From the IMG/VR virus record IMGVR_UViG_3300042535_000023, positions 18,192 to 82,191 of that record: a DNA stretch of 64,000 bases; one strand, written 5' to 3'. The first letter of the stretch is position 1; every line of letters starts with the position of its first letter. Origin of the DNA: a virus. A program made the translations under genes and the position numbers. Below, piece by piece: positions 9,637 through 19,435 of this stretch. The notes below the pieces were generated by a model. It had not been told where the DNA came from. It did no database searches and saw nothing but the letters and a program-made list of their open reading frames with translations.

Positions 9637-10530
9637 TTAATTAGTAAACTCTTTTCCACAATTAGAACAAATCCATTTACCTTCATACATAATAGCATTT
9701 CCACCACATTTATCACAATAACGTGAATAATCATAATTAACCATAGGTTTGTCTCCTTCTGATTTTAGAGCTTCCGCTTTTACTTTCTTTCGCCCGCAGC
9801 AACGGCTTTTTGCTTCTGGACAGTATCCCAACATCTCACATCTACTATCAACCTTATTAAATACACAAGGAAGCTTTAGTCTACAAATACGTAACATCTC
9901 TTTGGCTAAATTTCTAATTTCCCATTGGGCGGCCGTGCAAAGTCTCAGGCTAAGAAAATGTGTCAAACTAACACAATTCATGGTGATAACTATACGAGTA
10001 GTAACTCCATTAGGCATAACATAACGAGCGTCTTCGCTAGGGATTCCTAAGGCTTTAAGCTGATTATATGCTTTTTGAATTTCTTCTAAGATATTCACAT
10101 AAATATTGAGTGCTTTAGCATCTGCGTTGCCCTCATTCTTTTCATTATCAACTATGCTTGGCGGAAAAACGTAATCGCTAAGCATAAACTCCCCAGCATT
10201 GCTCACATAACGTTGTGACTGCTGAGAGTAACTCGCTATACGGTGACGCACTAACTGATGGCTAAGGGCACGAGAGATGCCATCTACAGCAAATGTAAAC
10301 TTAACATGTTCAAATACTGAGGTGTGTCCTGATGTATGGAGATGCTTTAAAAGATTGTCCATCTCTTTATCAGTAGAGGGCTCATTCTTTTCGAGGTCCA
10401 TAACTGTTACTAAACCAGTTTCATCCTCCTGCCACATATCACCTGTCCAACCATCTGCGTAACACTGTCTAGCCGACGCAAAGATTAACTCCTTAGCATT
10501 GGGTGTCATTGATAATAATTTAACTCTCAT
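9637..10530 (-). CDS. thyX: FAD-dependent thymidylate synthase ThyX with C-terminal Zn-ribbon extension
   Basis: GHTSVFEH, ISRALSHQLVRHRIASYSQQSQRY (ThyX motif), EDARYVMP, LRLCTAAQWEIR. Confidence 0.95.
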   Translation of the reverse strand: MRVKLLSMTPNAKELIFASARQCYADGWTGDMWQEDETGLVTVMDLEKNEPSTDKEMDNLLKHLHTSGHTSVFEHVKFTFAVDGISRALSHQLVRHRIASYSQQSQRYVSNAGEFMLSDYVFPPSIVDNEKNEGNADAKALNIYVNILEEIQKAYNQLKALGIPSEDARYVMPNGVTTRIVITMNCVSLTHFLSLRLCTAAQWEIRNLAKEMLRICRLKLPCVFNKVDSRCEMLGYCPEAKSRCCGRKKVKAEALKSEGDKPMVNYDYSRYCDKCGGNAIMYEGKWICSNCGKEFTN

Positions 10531-10571
10531 ATGTAATCCTCCTTAATTCAGATTAATGTTCTACTACACTT

Positions 10572-10643
10572 TAGCGGAGGGTAGATTCGAACTACCGTGC
10601 TCAAGTTTATGGGACTTGGGAGAAACCCCTTCTCTACTCCGCA
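10572..10643 (-). tRNA. tRNA with CAT anticodon (Met/fMet-like, atypical; CCA not encoded)
   Basis: Minus strand TGCGGAG TA GAGA AGGGGTT TCTC C CAAGT CCCATAA ACTTG AGCAC GGTAG TTCGAAT CTACC CTCCGCT A folds into a full cloverleaf. Confidence 0.85.
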
Positions 10644-10653
10644 ACAAAACTTT

Positions 10654-11931
10654 TTAGAAGGTTTCAGCTTCGATTACTTTGTTTGTGTTTTCTATTGTAA
10701 CATTTTTCTTTGGGTTTGTCAAGTTTAAATAAGCATTGTCAAAAGCATTGACCCAGGCTTGTCCAATCTTGCCCTGCCAATCAAGTTCACTACGAACCCA
10801 GTTATAAGCCGTCTCTGCTTTTTTGGCTGCTTCCTCTCTATTATAATAGACGTGAAGCATTTTGTCAACCATATCCTCAACATCAACAAGAGGGCGACGC
10901 ACTTCATTATCATTTGGAAGAACGGTCCAAAGGCTTGGATTTGTTCCACTTTTTACAAGATAGCCTTTGTCTTCAGTAATGAACTCAGTCATAGCTGTAT
11001 TATTTGGCATAATAACTGGTGTCTTTGTGGCCATGGATTCTACCCACTGAAGACCAAAACCCTCACCAAGATTTGTGCTAACAGAAACGTCAGCACAGTT
11101 ATAGAGTGCATTAACGATATTTTTCGGATACCCAGAATTAACTGAAAAATTCTCTGGGAAAATAACATCCTCAGAAGTGCTTAGCCCAAATGAACGGCAT
11201 ACTTCTAAAAGATTCCAGCCCTGATCCTTCTGTGCCATATGTAAGTAAAGAATTGAGTCTTTAACTTGCTTCCGAAACTCTACAAATGCTTGAATAGTTC
11301 GTGGAATATCCTTACGTTGCTGATTACGATTAAGGTTCATAACAATAAACTTGTCCGCATGCTTACCAAAATACTGCTTCTTAAATGGCATTAACTTCTC
11401 TTTAGGAATAACATTATAGTCATTAAGATTAACACCATGAGGAATTACTTTAATATCTTCAAGAGATGGTAGGGCTTTGATAGCTTCAGCCTTACCATGC
11501 TCAGTATAAGCAAAAATTTCATCAGCATAACTAATGTTAACTGCCCACTCCGGCTTTAAAATAGAGTCCACTGGAAAATAAACTATTGATCGGAACGGTT
11601 TCTTCATATTCTGTTTTAAATGTGGCATTAGTTCTGGAAGGAAGTCCATAATAAAAGTGTCCTGCAGAAGAAATAAAATATCAAAATCCATTCTTGGGGT
11701 CATTTGGCAGAATTTTCTCCTACCATAAGGATCCCTCTCTCCATTTGTACCAGCCGGGAAAATCTTATATGGAAATTCATGAGGGTCGCCCCAGTAATTA
11801 ATACCAAAATTACTAATCTCATAACGACCTGTCCTGTGCAAAGCCTCGAAAATATTACGAGAAACTGTTGAAAACCCTGTTGCGCTTGTTGGGCTGTCCA
11901 TATAGGCCCATACTTTAATTTTTTTGTCCAT
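10654..11931 (-). CDS. GT4 (GT-B) glycosyltransferase
   Basis: TGFSTVS, YFPVD, IPHGV, NLNRNQQRKD, YNCADV...GEGFGL..VESMA; second ATG (11931) is better spaced from the AAGGAG SD. Confidence 0.88.
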   Translation of the reverse strand: MDKKIKVWAYMDSPTSATGFSTVSRNIFEALHRTGRYEISNFGINYWGDPHEFPYKIFPAGTNGERDPYGRRKFCQMTPRMDFDILFLLQDTFIMDFLPELMPHLKQNMKKPFRSIVYFPVDSILKPEWAVNISYADEIFAYTEHGKAEAIKALPSLEDIKVIPHGVNLNDYNVIPKEKLMPFKKQYFGKHADKFIVMNLNRNQQRKDIPRTIQAFVEFRKQVKDSILYLHMAQKDQGWNLLEVCRSFGLSTSEDVIFPENFSVNSGYPKNIVNALYNCADVSVSTNLGEGFGLQWVESMATKTPVIMPNNTAMTEFITEDKGYLVKSGTNPSLWTVLPNDNEVRRPLVDVEDMVDKMLHVYYNREEAAKKAETAYNWVRSELDWQGKIGQAWVNAFDNAYLNLTNPKKNVTIENTNKVIEAETF

Positions 11932-11956
11932 AAACATCTCCTTTAATTAATTTTAA

Positions 11957-12391
11957 TTATACTGTCCTATACCCACACGAATTACAATACCACTTATCCA
12001 ATTTGTACCACGCCGGTTTCTTGCAGTTTGGGCATAAATGACCCTTAAAAGCCCCACATGCTGTGCAGGATTTAACTTCAAATCTATATTTTTTAGAGGG
12101 ATAATACAGAATTTTTTGTTTGTATTCGTAACTCTCTCTACAATCACAAAACTTTTTGTTATCCGCAAACCAAAAGTAATTCTCCTTGTCAGGTTTTATT
12201 TCAAAACTATCCTTCTCACATATAGAACAGGATACATAAATCTCTGCAACTATCTCATCAGAACCACATATACCACAATTCCCAAACCCTCTTCTTTTAT
12301 CTCTACATTCTGTAGCCCGCTTAACTTTTTTGCCAGCATGTCTTGGGGTTTCTTGAACTTCATCTTTATGCGTATCAGGCGATTTAATCAT
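11957..12391 (-). CDS. Cys-rich multi Zn-ribbon hypothetical protein
   Basis: Five CxxC pairs (CGIC, CSIC, CTAC, CPNC, CNSC). Confidence 0.6.
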   Translation of the reverse strand: MIKSPDTHKDEVQETPRHAGKKVKRATECRDKRRGFGNCGICGSDEIVAEIYVSCSICEKDSFEIKPDKENYFWFADNKKFCDCRESYEYKQKILYYPSKKYRFEVKSCTACGAFKGHLCPNCKKPAWYKLDKWYCNSCGYRTV

Positions 12392-12392
12392 A

Positions 12393-13538
12393 TTACTTCA
12401 CTTTCTTTGTCGCCAAAAATGGGTTTGTAAAGCTATTTGAACAGGCGTTAGCAATTCTATCTCTAAGTGCTGGATTCCTATCCATATAATTAACTACTGC
12501 TTTTTGATTAAGGTCTACCATCTCAAGAAGATGTTCTTTAGGAACTACCTTTGACACCATACCAAAATCAAATGACTTCCTAGACATCTGTCTAAGGTAG
12601 AGTTCTTGATTACCTACTCTAAGATTATCTCCACCATACTTTACCTTATCCATTAATACTGATGCTAACTCTTTTTCTCTTTCGCCGATTGTTTTCTGTA
12701 AATCTCTTACATACTGCCACTCATTAAATACTTGTTCATTATCCAAGGCACTAATATCTTTAAAAGCAAAATCAAACTTTGTGCAAGCATCTTTAAAACA
12801 TTCGCAATAGTCGCGGAAATCGCACCAGCCACAAAACGTCGTAAGTGCTGGTTTTGCTTCACTTTCTTTCAAAGCACACATCTGGTCATACACTTCTTTT
12901 AAATACAAAGAAAACTCTTCGCGCTCTTCTTTAGTTCTATAAGAATAAATCATGTCGTGCTTCAACATATCTAAGGATACAATAATACGGGAATACTGTG
13001 GGAACAACATACTACCCACCAAGTCGTAAATAGACAACTGCTTGTCGGTCTTAAGCTGGTCTGGCGTAGGAGCGGTCTTAGAGGTCTTGTAATCAACGAT
13101 TAGTAGTGTATCCTCATCTACCTCTATGGCCTTATCAATTGCACCGACCAGAGGAACTCCGTGCTCCGTAACTATCATATTGGTATCGTTCATACCGAAC
13201 TCTATTTCTAATCCTATAATCTTTTTACCCATATCAAAATCGTTGATACGTTTCTTTACTAAGTCTTTACCTTCAAGATGGATAGACATTTCCTCTATCC
13301 CTTCTTTAATGGCTACTTCCTCATAACGTTTCAGGATGTTCTTTTTATCTTCCGCCGAAAATTCTCCCTTCTCCATCCATATTTTTCCTGCCAACTCTAA
13401 AGCTTCGTGGCATGCAAGACCTAATCGAAATACAGGATTAGAAACCTTTGGAAGATGCTTCATGTAATTAAACCAATATTTCTGCTTACATTGTAAAAAA
13501 GTATTAATTCTTGTAGCACTAATTTTTATATCTGCCAT
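12393..13538 (-). CDS. PD-(D/E)XK exonuclease, RecB/AddB/Cas4-like with Fe-S staple
   Basis: SATRINTFLQC, G...H, GAID...IVDYKT, QLSIY, CGWCDFRDYC. Confidence 0.85.
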   Translation of the reverse strand: MADIKISATRINTFLQCKQKYWFNYMKHLPKVSNPVFRLGLACHEALELAGKIWMEKGEFSAEDKKNILKRYEEVAIKEGIEEMSIHLEGKDLVKKRINDFDMGKKIIGLEIEFGMNDTNMIVTEHGVPLVGAIDKAIEVDEDTLLIVDYKTSKTAPTPDQLKTDKQLSIYDLVGSMLFPQYSRIIVSLDMLKHDMIYSYRTKEEREEFSLYLKEVYDQMCALKESEAKPALTTFCGWCDFRDYCECFKDACTKFDFAFKDISALDNEQVFNEWQYVRDLQKTIGEREKELASVLMDKVKYGGDNLRVGNQELYLRQMSRKSFDFGMVSKVVPKEHLLEMVDLNQKAVVNYMDRNPALRDRIANACSNSFTNPFLATKKVK

Positions 13539-13548
13539 TGTAACTCCT

Positions 13549-13851
13549 TTAATTTAAATACGTATTTTTTATGGTATGAATTAATTCTTTGGGGATTTTT
13601 TCACAAGATATGTTTCCCAAAGCAGGCCCGCCATTAGCAAAACCGGTATGAAAATATATAAAACATTCTTTCGTAATATCTTCTTGTATAAAGAAATAAT
13701 TCTTGGATAGATCATGAGTCTGTCTCCAAACCTCATCTTTAAAAATATTTTTTTGTAAAATATCTTCTGTTTTAATTTGTTCTGAGGATGAAGGCTTTGA
13801 ACAACTGATCATAAACAAAAGAAACACGAAATAGACTATTTTTAAATTCAT
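13549..13851 (-). CDS. Putative lipoprotein
   Basis: GGAGG SD then MNLKIVYFVFLLFMISC: basic residue, hydrophobic core, lipobox-like Cys. Confidence 0.6.
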   Translation of the reverse strand: MNLKIVYFVFLLFMISCSKPSSSEQIKTEDILQKNIFKDEVWRQTHDLSKNYFFIQEDITKECFIYFHTGFANGGPALGNISCEKIPKELIHTIKNTYLN

Positions 13852-13852
13852 G

Positions 13853-14368
13853 CTAACCTCCGAAATAAGAGAACCCATAGGTCTCTTCATTTCTATATTT
13901 TTTAACTCCTAAAATTAAATCTGCGTAACACATAGCCATTGAGTATGCATCTACTATATCATTATTTTGTTTAAATGTCAAGTTTAAATTTAAGCTTTCG
14001 TTAACAAACTCAAATAATTCTTCTTTTGTTTTCACTTTAAAATAGGCCTTGACTGTGTTGTTGCTGATAACGTAAGGATCTATCTTTAAAACATCTTGAC
14101 ATACCTCTTTTGCTACTCCTGCAAACTCTGCCAACATTTTTAAAGTCCCAACATTTATCTTACTGAAATTATCTTCCACAATTATAGCAGTTATTTTATA
14201 ATTTGTCAAGACATTTTTGAGTTCGTTTCTAAAAATATTAAGTCTTTCTGACCTATTAAACTTCGGTAAAGTTTTAATTACTCCTGTAGTAGTTGTGTCT
14301 TTAGTTAAAATACACCAACCAGTAGAAGCACCAGAAATATCAAGACTTAATATTGACCAATCACTCAT
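13853..14368 (-). CDS. ruvC: RuvC-like Holliday junction resolvase
   Basis: [26 protein letters not shown] catalytic acidic residues. Confidence 0.8.
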   Translation of the reverse strand: MSDWSILSLDISGASTGWCILTKDTTTTGVIKTLPKFNRSERLNIFRNELKNVLTNYKITAIIVEDNFSKINVGTLKMLAEFAGVAKEVCQDVLKIDPYVISNNTVKAYFKVKTKEELFEFVNESLNLNLTFKQNNDIVDAYSMAMCYADLILGVKKYRNEETYGFSYFGG

Positions 14369-15143
14369 AACTTAATCCATTCAACACAGCTATCTGCTCC
14401 TCAGTCATCTTTTCTACTTTAGGTAATGTCATCCTTAACTTGATAAAAATATTCCCACTTGGTCCTCCATTCAAACCTATACCACCTTGGCCAGGCAATG
14501 AAACTACTACACCATCCTCCCCACCTTTTGGAACATCTACAACAATATCTTTATTTTTAGTTACGTGACTATTACCAGAACAAACCTCACATGGATCTGA
14601 ACCTATCTCACCAGCCCCTCTACAAGCGTGACAGGGATGTGTTGACATCATACGTGAGTTACCATTAACATGGGTTTGTGTGACCATTCCTGAGCCTCCA
14701 CAGACACCACAATGACGTGAGGTTTTAAATCCTCTACCTTTACATGCGACGCACCCTTCCTGATAAGTTACGTTTATACTTTTTTGGCCCCCAAAAATAA
14801 ACATATGCATAGGAACATCCACTACATACTTTAGGTCATTACCTTTCATAGGTCTATTAGGATCTGGTCTCTGCTGGCGCATACCTCCCATTGGACCATG
14901 GCCAAATCCCATATTACGTAGGAAATCATTTATATCCAGCCCAGGATTATCGTATTGGGAACGTTTAGAATCGTCGGATAAATGTTCATAAGCCTCATTT
15001 ATCTGCTTAAACTTTTCTTCAGCTTCTTTATTCCCTTGATTTCTATCAGGATGATACTGCATAGCTAGTTTTCTATAAGCTTTTTTAATCTCTTCAGGCG
15101 AAGCTTCTCTGCCTACACCTAAAGTTTCATAATAATTCGCCAT
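14361..15143 (-). CDS. dnaJ: DnaJ co-chaperone (J domain + Zn finger + one C-terminal domain)
   Basis: NYYETLGV...[13 protein letters not shown], four CxxCxG(xG) repeats, GQGG..G.SGNIFI. Confidence 0.92.
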   Translation of the reverse strand: MANYYETLGVGREASPEEIKKAYRKLAMQYHPDRNQGNKEAEEKFKQINEAYEHLSDDSKRSQYDNPGLDINDFLRNMGFGHGPMGGMRQQRPDPNRPMKGNDLKYVVDVPMHMFIFGGQKSINVTYQEGCVACKGRGFKTSRHCGVCGGSGMVTQTHVNGNSRMMSTHPCHACRGAGEIGSDPCEVCSGNSHVTKNKDIVVDVPKGGEDGVVVSLPGQGGIGLNGGPSGNIFIKLRMTLPKVEKMTEEQIAVLNGLSYE

Positions 15144-15468
15144 CTATAACCTCCCACTCAAATCCACAAAGACTACATTTATACATATCAAAACCTACTT
15201 CATAACAAACGGAATTACATTTGACACACTTATGAATTAATCCTCCCATAGTGGTGGGGGACTCTGAAACTTGAAAACCATTTTCATCCTCAAGTGTATC
15301 GGGGAGCATCAAAGAATCCTTAACATACTCTCCATCTAAAGCCCGCCAAAGAGCGCCACATTCAAAGCAAGCTAAATACTCTATACTAATAGTGTCACCA
15401 CATTTGCATGGGTAATGTTCCACCAACATCGTTTCCACATGGCCATCTTTACAAGCTACACAATTCAT
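15127..15468 (-). CDS. Zn-ribbon hypothetical protein
   Basis: CVAC, CKC, CFEC, CVKC, CSLC. Confidence 0.6.
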   Translation of the reverse strand: MNCVACKDGHVETMLVEHYPCKCGDTISIEYLACFECGALWRALDGEYVKDSLMLPDTLEDENGFQVSESPTTMGGLIHKCVKCNSVCYEVGFDMYKCSLCGFEWEVIDGELL

Positions 15469-15860
15469 GACTTACCTCCCTTCTTAGGAACGTCCTGCAT
15501 CTCAATAATTTGACCAAAAATATCTACTGTGTCTACATTAAATTTCAAAGCTACTGGAGCAAACAGTTGATTAGACTTCAAATCTGGATACTGTTTGGTA
15601 GCAAAAAGAACTTTAGTTATAGATGGCATATACAAAGTATCGTTATCAAGCAAATTAAACTCCCCCTCATCCTCAGAAAAAAATTCGGGATCAAGATCAT
15701 GATATTTACCTGCCCGCGGTATAGTTATTTTATAGGTCTCTGATGAGGCTTTAAAATAATAATTTCTTGAAGGCAATAACACTGCTGTTGGTGTTCCTAC
15801 TTGTGATGGGGTTTCCGCCCACGCCGCTAAATCTGTCATTTCATTTATCTCCTTTTTCAT
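15465..15860 (-). CDS. Hypothetical protein
   Basis: AGGAG SD; translationally coupled to the next gene. Confidence 0.6.
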   Translation of the reverse strand: MKKEINEMTDLAAWAETPSQVGTPTAVLLPSRNYYFKASSETYKITIPRAGKYHDLDPEFFSEDEGEFNLLDNDTLYMPSITKVLFATKQYPDLKSNQLFAPVALKFNVDTVDIFGQIIEMQDVPKKGGKS

Positions 15861-15869
15861 AAAAACTCC

Positions 15870-16919
15870 TTAATAGTATGTCTTTAGGTAACTACAAATA
15901 ACCTCTTTACTTAAATCCGCTGGATCTAGTCCCTTACCTGTATCGTCCTCTTCTGTTACAAATACTGTGTGTATACTTTTAATATGCTTTTTTAAATCTA
16001 ATTCTGCTCTTATCGTCCCTTTTACCCCGGCCAAATCATTATCAAACATTATCACTACACCATTAAAAGCGTATGTGCTTAAAAGATTTCTCTGTCCTTC
16101 TGTAACTGTGGCCCCCATCACTGCAACTACATTGTAAATACCATATTCGTATAAACGCCATACAGATTTAAACCCTTCCACTAATATTAATGGTTTATCT
16201 ACACAATATTTTTGAGCATTATTAAGATTATATAGAGTATTATCTTTATTAAATCCAGGAGTTAGTATATATTTAGATACATCTTTATCTAAAAAACCTC
16301 TTACATCCCTTAAACTATAAGCTAATAACTCTCCATTCTCGCTACGAATAGGTATAATATCCCGAGTCACTCCATCTACACCAACGTGTCCACCAGCCAC
16401 CTCAAAGTAATCTAAAGTTTCTGGTTTAAATCCGTCTTTTAAAAACTTGTCGGATCTAAAATATTTAAACTTGGCCAGACACTCATCACACACAAATGCT
16501 GGGATTTTGTGGCCAGCCCCATATTCCTCTATAAAAGCTTCGTTGGCTCTTTTTCTTTTATAGGCTGAATATTTGTGATCTATACTACTTATATCGCCAA
16601 CCAATTGTCTTAAGTAATTTACAGAGTCGGTAAATCCATAACCTAGAGTGGCTTTAATTAACCCAATAATATCATAACCATATTGCTCCTGGCATCCTTT
16701 TGTAAAACATACCCAAGTTTTTTTATCTTTATTGAAACTAAACCCTGTTTTATTATCCCCGCCATGTATTCTACAAGGACCTTGTATCCATTTATATGAC
16801 TCATGATGAATGCTAAATCCAAGACTCTCTAGTAAGAATCTTGGGTCTACGCTTGCCTTGAGATACTCTAGTTCCTCTTTTTGGGCATCATTATTTTTAC
16901 TCAAGGTTGATACTTGCAT
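15870..16919 (-). CDS. dnaG: DNA primase (CHC2 Zn finger + TOPRIM)
   Basis: CRIHGGDN...WVCFTKGC, LVEGFKS, VMG, MFDNDLAG, DPADL; likely start MQVST at 16919 after GAGGA. Confidence 0.88.
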   Translation of the reverse strand: MQVSTLSKNNDAQKEELEYLKASVDPRFLLESLGFSIHHESYKWIQGPCRIHGGDNKTGFSFNKDKKTWVCFTKGCQEQYGYDIIGLIKATLGYGFTDSVNYLRQLVGDISSIDHKYSAYKRKRANEAFIEEYGAGHKIPAFVCDECLAKFKYFRSDKFLKDGFKPETLDYFEVAGGHVGVDGVTRDIIPIRSENGELLAYSLRDVRGFLDKDVSKYILTPGFNKDNTLYNLNNAQKYCVDKPLILVEGFKSVWRLYEYGIYNVVAVMGATVTEGQRNLLSTYAFNGVVIMFDNDLAGVKGTIRAELDLKKHIKSIHTVFVTEEDDTGKGLDPADLSKEVICSYLKTYY

Positions 16920-18330
16920 ATTCAATATCCTCTTTATCTTCATCTGAACTATCATTATTAACCACTTTACCACTATAATCAGTTACTTGCTGTAGTAAAT
17001 CAACCTCATTTATTATTAATTTCTTTTTATGGAACTTATAAGCTATACCAGATTCAGGAGTAGAACCTCCGCGCCTTGTATCTCTAATTATTAACTTGTG
17101 AGATCCGCCAGTATTATTTTCTGGTCCTCCAGTTTTAGATATATCATCCTCTGTTCTTGTAGTCCAGAATGCTACGATGTCCCCGTATCTTGCTACTCTA
17201 TCACTATCTGCCACATCTCCTGCGCGATTTAATTGCACTGCAGCCAACATCGGTATGTTTAATGTGCCAGCTAGATCTTTAAGCTTGGTAGTTACATCCC
17301 CAAGGATTTGGTGCTCCTGCCTTTGCTTATCTATACTGGAAGATTCTGGCTCTTTAATGTAGTCAAAGATACCAAAACCTATATTCTCCTTCACTTTATA
17401 TTTCTTATACAAGGTTACAAGTTTTTCTACAGTATAACCAGGCATACGTTCATGGAACAATTTACCTCTTTCTATCTTATCAGCTGCTTTGGATATTCTT
17501 TCATACTCCTCTTTTGTGTAGCCTCCGTGCTTGATTATCCTCTCTTCAGTGCTACTCATTGCTGCTAAAAGCCTATCTCTCCATTCCTCAAACGACATTT
17601 CTGTATCCACGTAGAGTAGAGGAAGTTTCTCTGTATAAGCTATTCTGGCTGCTATATTAGTAAGTAAAGCACTTTTTCCCATCTTCTTGCGCGCGGCTAT
17701 AATCATTAATGTGCCTGGAACCATACCATCTATTTGCTTATCAAGAATTGGGTAATGGGTTCTGACGCCAGTCATCTCTACCCTGTGCTCTTTCTTTTCT
17801 TCTATATATTCTCTAAGCCCATCAGCAAGATTCCTTGGCTCATTTATTGCTTTACTTGTGGTGGACAAACTCAATACTGAATTCTCCACACCGCCTATAA
17901 GATCTGACGCGCTGAGTGACCCTTCAACATTATTCTCTATCACAAGCTCTGAGTGCTCGTGAAGGGACTGAAATAATCTGAACTTAGTACTAGCCTCTAA
18001 AACATAGATCAAAGCTTTATCAAAGATACCCAGGGCTACAGGCATAGTTTTGATGGCATTCAACATCCTAACGCCGCCAATATCTTGAAGATTACCACCT
18101 ATTTCAAGCTCTCTTGCTACTATAGGAATATCAAACGACCTATGGTCTTTCAGATATAAAGACTTTAAAGCATTGTATATTACAGCATGGTCTGGGTGCA
18201 AAAAATCTGTATCATTAAGTTTGGTCATCATGGAATAAAAATGGTCCATGTTGTTTAAAGCACAACAAAGTAATGCCTTTTCGTATGTGAATTGCGAGAG
18301 CTCGACTCTTGCCTTTTCTAAATTCAGCAT
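16897..18330 (-). CDS. dnaB: Replicative DNA helicase, DnaB family
   Basis: N-terminal DnaB domain, AARKKMGKS Walker A, DTEMS, IFDYI, AVQLNR, DTRRG. Confidence 0.92.
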   Translation of the reverse strand: MLNLEKARVELSQFTYEKALLCCALNNMDHFYSMMTKLNDTDFLHPDHAVIYNALKSLYLKDHRSFDIPIVARELEIGGNLQDIGGVRMLNAIKTMPVALGIFDKALIYVLEASTKFRLFQSLHEHSELVIENNVEGSLSASDLIGGVENSVLSLSTTSKAINEPRNLADGLREYIEEKKEHRVEMTGVRTHYPILDKQIDGMVPGTLMIIAARKKMGKSALLTNIAARIAYTEKLPLLYVDTEMSFEEWRDRLLAAMSSTEERIIKHGGYTKEEYERISKAADKIERGKLFHERMPGYTVEKLVTLYKKYKVKENIGFGIFDYIKEPESSSIDKQRQEHQILGDVTTKLKDLAGTLNIPMLAAVQLNRAGDVADSDRVARYGDIVAFWTTRTEDDISKTGGPENNTGGSHKLIIRDTRRGGSTPESGIAYKFHKKKLIINEVDLLQQVTDYSGKVVNNDSSDEDKEDIEYASINLE

Positions 18331-18786
18331 CTATGATTCCTTTCTGGTTTGCCATTGTTCATTTTCTCTACGGGTAAGTTCGCGTTTAAACGTCGAAATA
18401 TAGTCACTTATTGTCTTATCAATCCCTTCGATGAGCAGCAACTCATCCTGCATACTGTCTATATCTTCCTGCATAGAATTCAGGGTTGCTGACCCACTAA
18501 TTATAATTAAGGCGGCGTCCTTCTTAGTTTTATACTGCTTAAGTAAATCACTAGTCATTAATTGAAATACTGCTCCGTCCAATGATCTCTCTTTGGCCAC
18601 GATGGATGCTTTTGTCTTATTAGTCTGAGACTTAATATAGATCGAATATTGAGATAAAGCAAGAGAAAACTTACTTATATCTAAACTCGATGTTTGCTCT
18701 AGTTTAGAAACATCATAAGCAAAAATGTCGTCTACCAGGCTGTGGTTTATTTTAACATTTTCAAAAGCAAATACATCTTTATTCAT
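18331..18786 (-). CDS. Helical hypothetical protein (possibly UvsY-like recombination mediator)
   Basis: ~150 aa all-helical/coiled-coil pattern, located between recA and the helicase; family is inference only. Confidence 0.45.
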   Translation of the reverse strand: MNKDVFAFENVKINHSLVDDIFAYDVSKLEQTSSLDISKFSLALSQYSIYIKSQTNKTKASIVAKERSLDGAVFQLMTSDLLKQYKTKKDAALIIISGSATLNSMQEDIDSMQDELLLIEGIDKTISDYISTFKRELTRRENEQWQTRKES

Positions 18787-19435
18787 TATGATTACCATTA
18801 AACATTTTGTTATTTAATGAAAAAGCCTGCCTGAATGCTATAGGGTCAAACATATAACAACCTCTACATCCTATTTCCTCTGTTCTTATAGAATCCCCCT
18901 CTATCCAGCCCTCGGTATGGCCAATTTTTCTGGCATCATACCTATATCCAGTGTTTTTACATGTCTTACAACTTTCACGTTTTTTACTATTCATATTTCT
19001 ATTAATAGGCTGATAATTATTTGGATCCGATTTATCAATTTCTGGATAAGTTCCATCTTTATGGTCTATTTCAATATCAGAATATGTTCCTAAAAAAGCA
19101 CATGGCTGGCTAGCAAAAAAAGCCCTAATAGAAGAAGGGATATATCTAGTAGCACTCTTACAATCAGCTAATGATTCATACCCCTTAAACCCTTTGGTTC
19201 TTACAGCATAAACTTTATTACCAGAGTAACTCTTCTCTATCTGATATTTTTTACCGATACCTCTATCGTCTTGAATTAGGGCGCAGCCATTACCATTTAA
19301 TGAAAAGCCTACTTTATCCACGAGATCTTCTAAAAGCGCCCAATCTGATATACCAAGTATGTTAGGATTAAGAGCCATCTCAAGTAACTGTGACTGTGTT
19401 TGTTTACCAAATCTAATGCTTATATTTTTTGCCAT
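18779..19435 (-). CDS. HNH restriction endonuclease, NlaIII/IceA1-like
   Basis: GNG, IEIDHKDG, NSKKRESCKTCKNTGYRYDARKI, GCRGCYMFDP parallel the IceA1/NlaIII motifs as recalled (IEIDHKDG, NDKKRQICKKCKESGYRFDATKI, GCVGCYQYDP). Confidence 0.8.
   Translation of the reverse strand: MAKNISIRFGKQTQSQLLEMALNPNILGISDWALLEDLVDKVGFSLNGNGCALIQDDRGIGKKYQIEKSYSGNKVYAVRTKGFKGYESLADCKSATRYIPSSIRAFFASQPCAFLGTYSDIEIDHKDGTYPEIDKSDPNNYQPINRNMNSKKRESCKTCKNTGYRYDARKIGHTEGWIEGDSIRTEEIGCRGCYMFDPIAFRQAFSLNNKMFNGNHNE

Noticed and set aside
1-11931. Bacterial chromosomal O-antigen/capsule locus
   Set aside because: No membrane transport or polymerase genes; continuous with divergent phage-type replication and virion genes
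12393-13538. Cas4 as part of a CRISPR-Cas locus
   Set aside because: No cas1/cas2 or array; solo RecB/Cas4-like nucleases are common in phage replication modules
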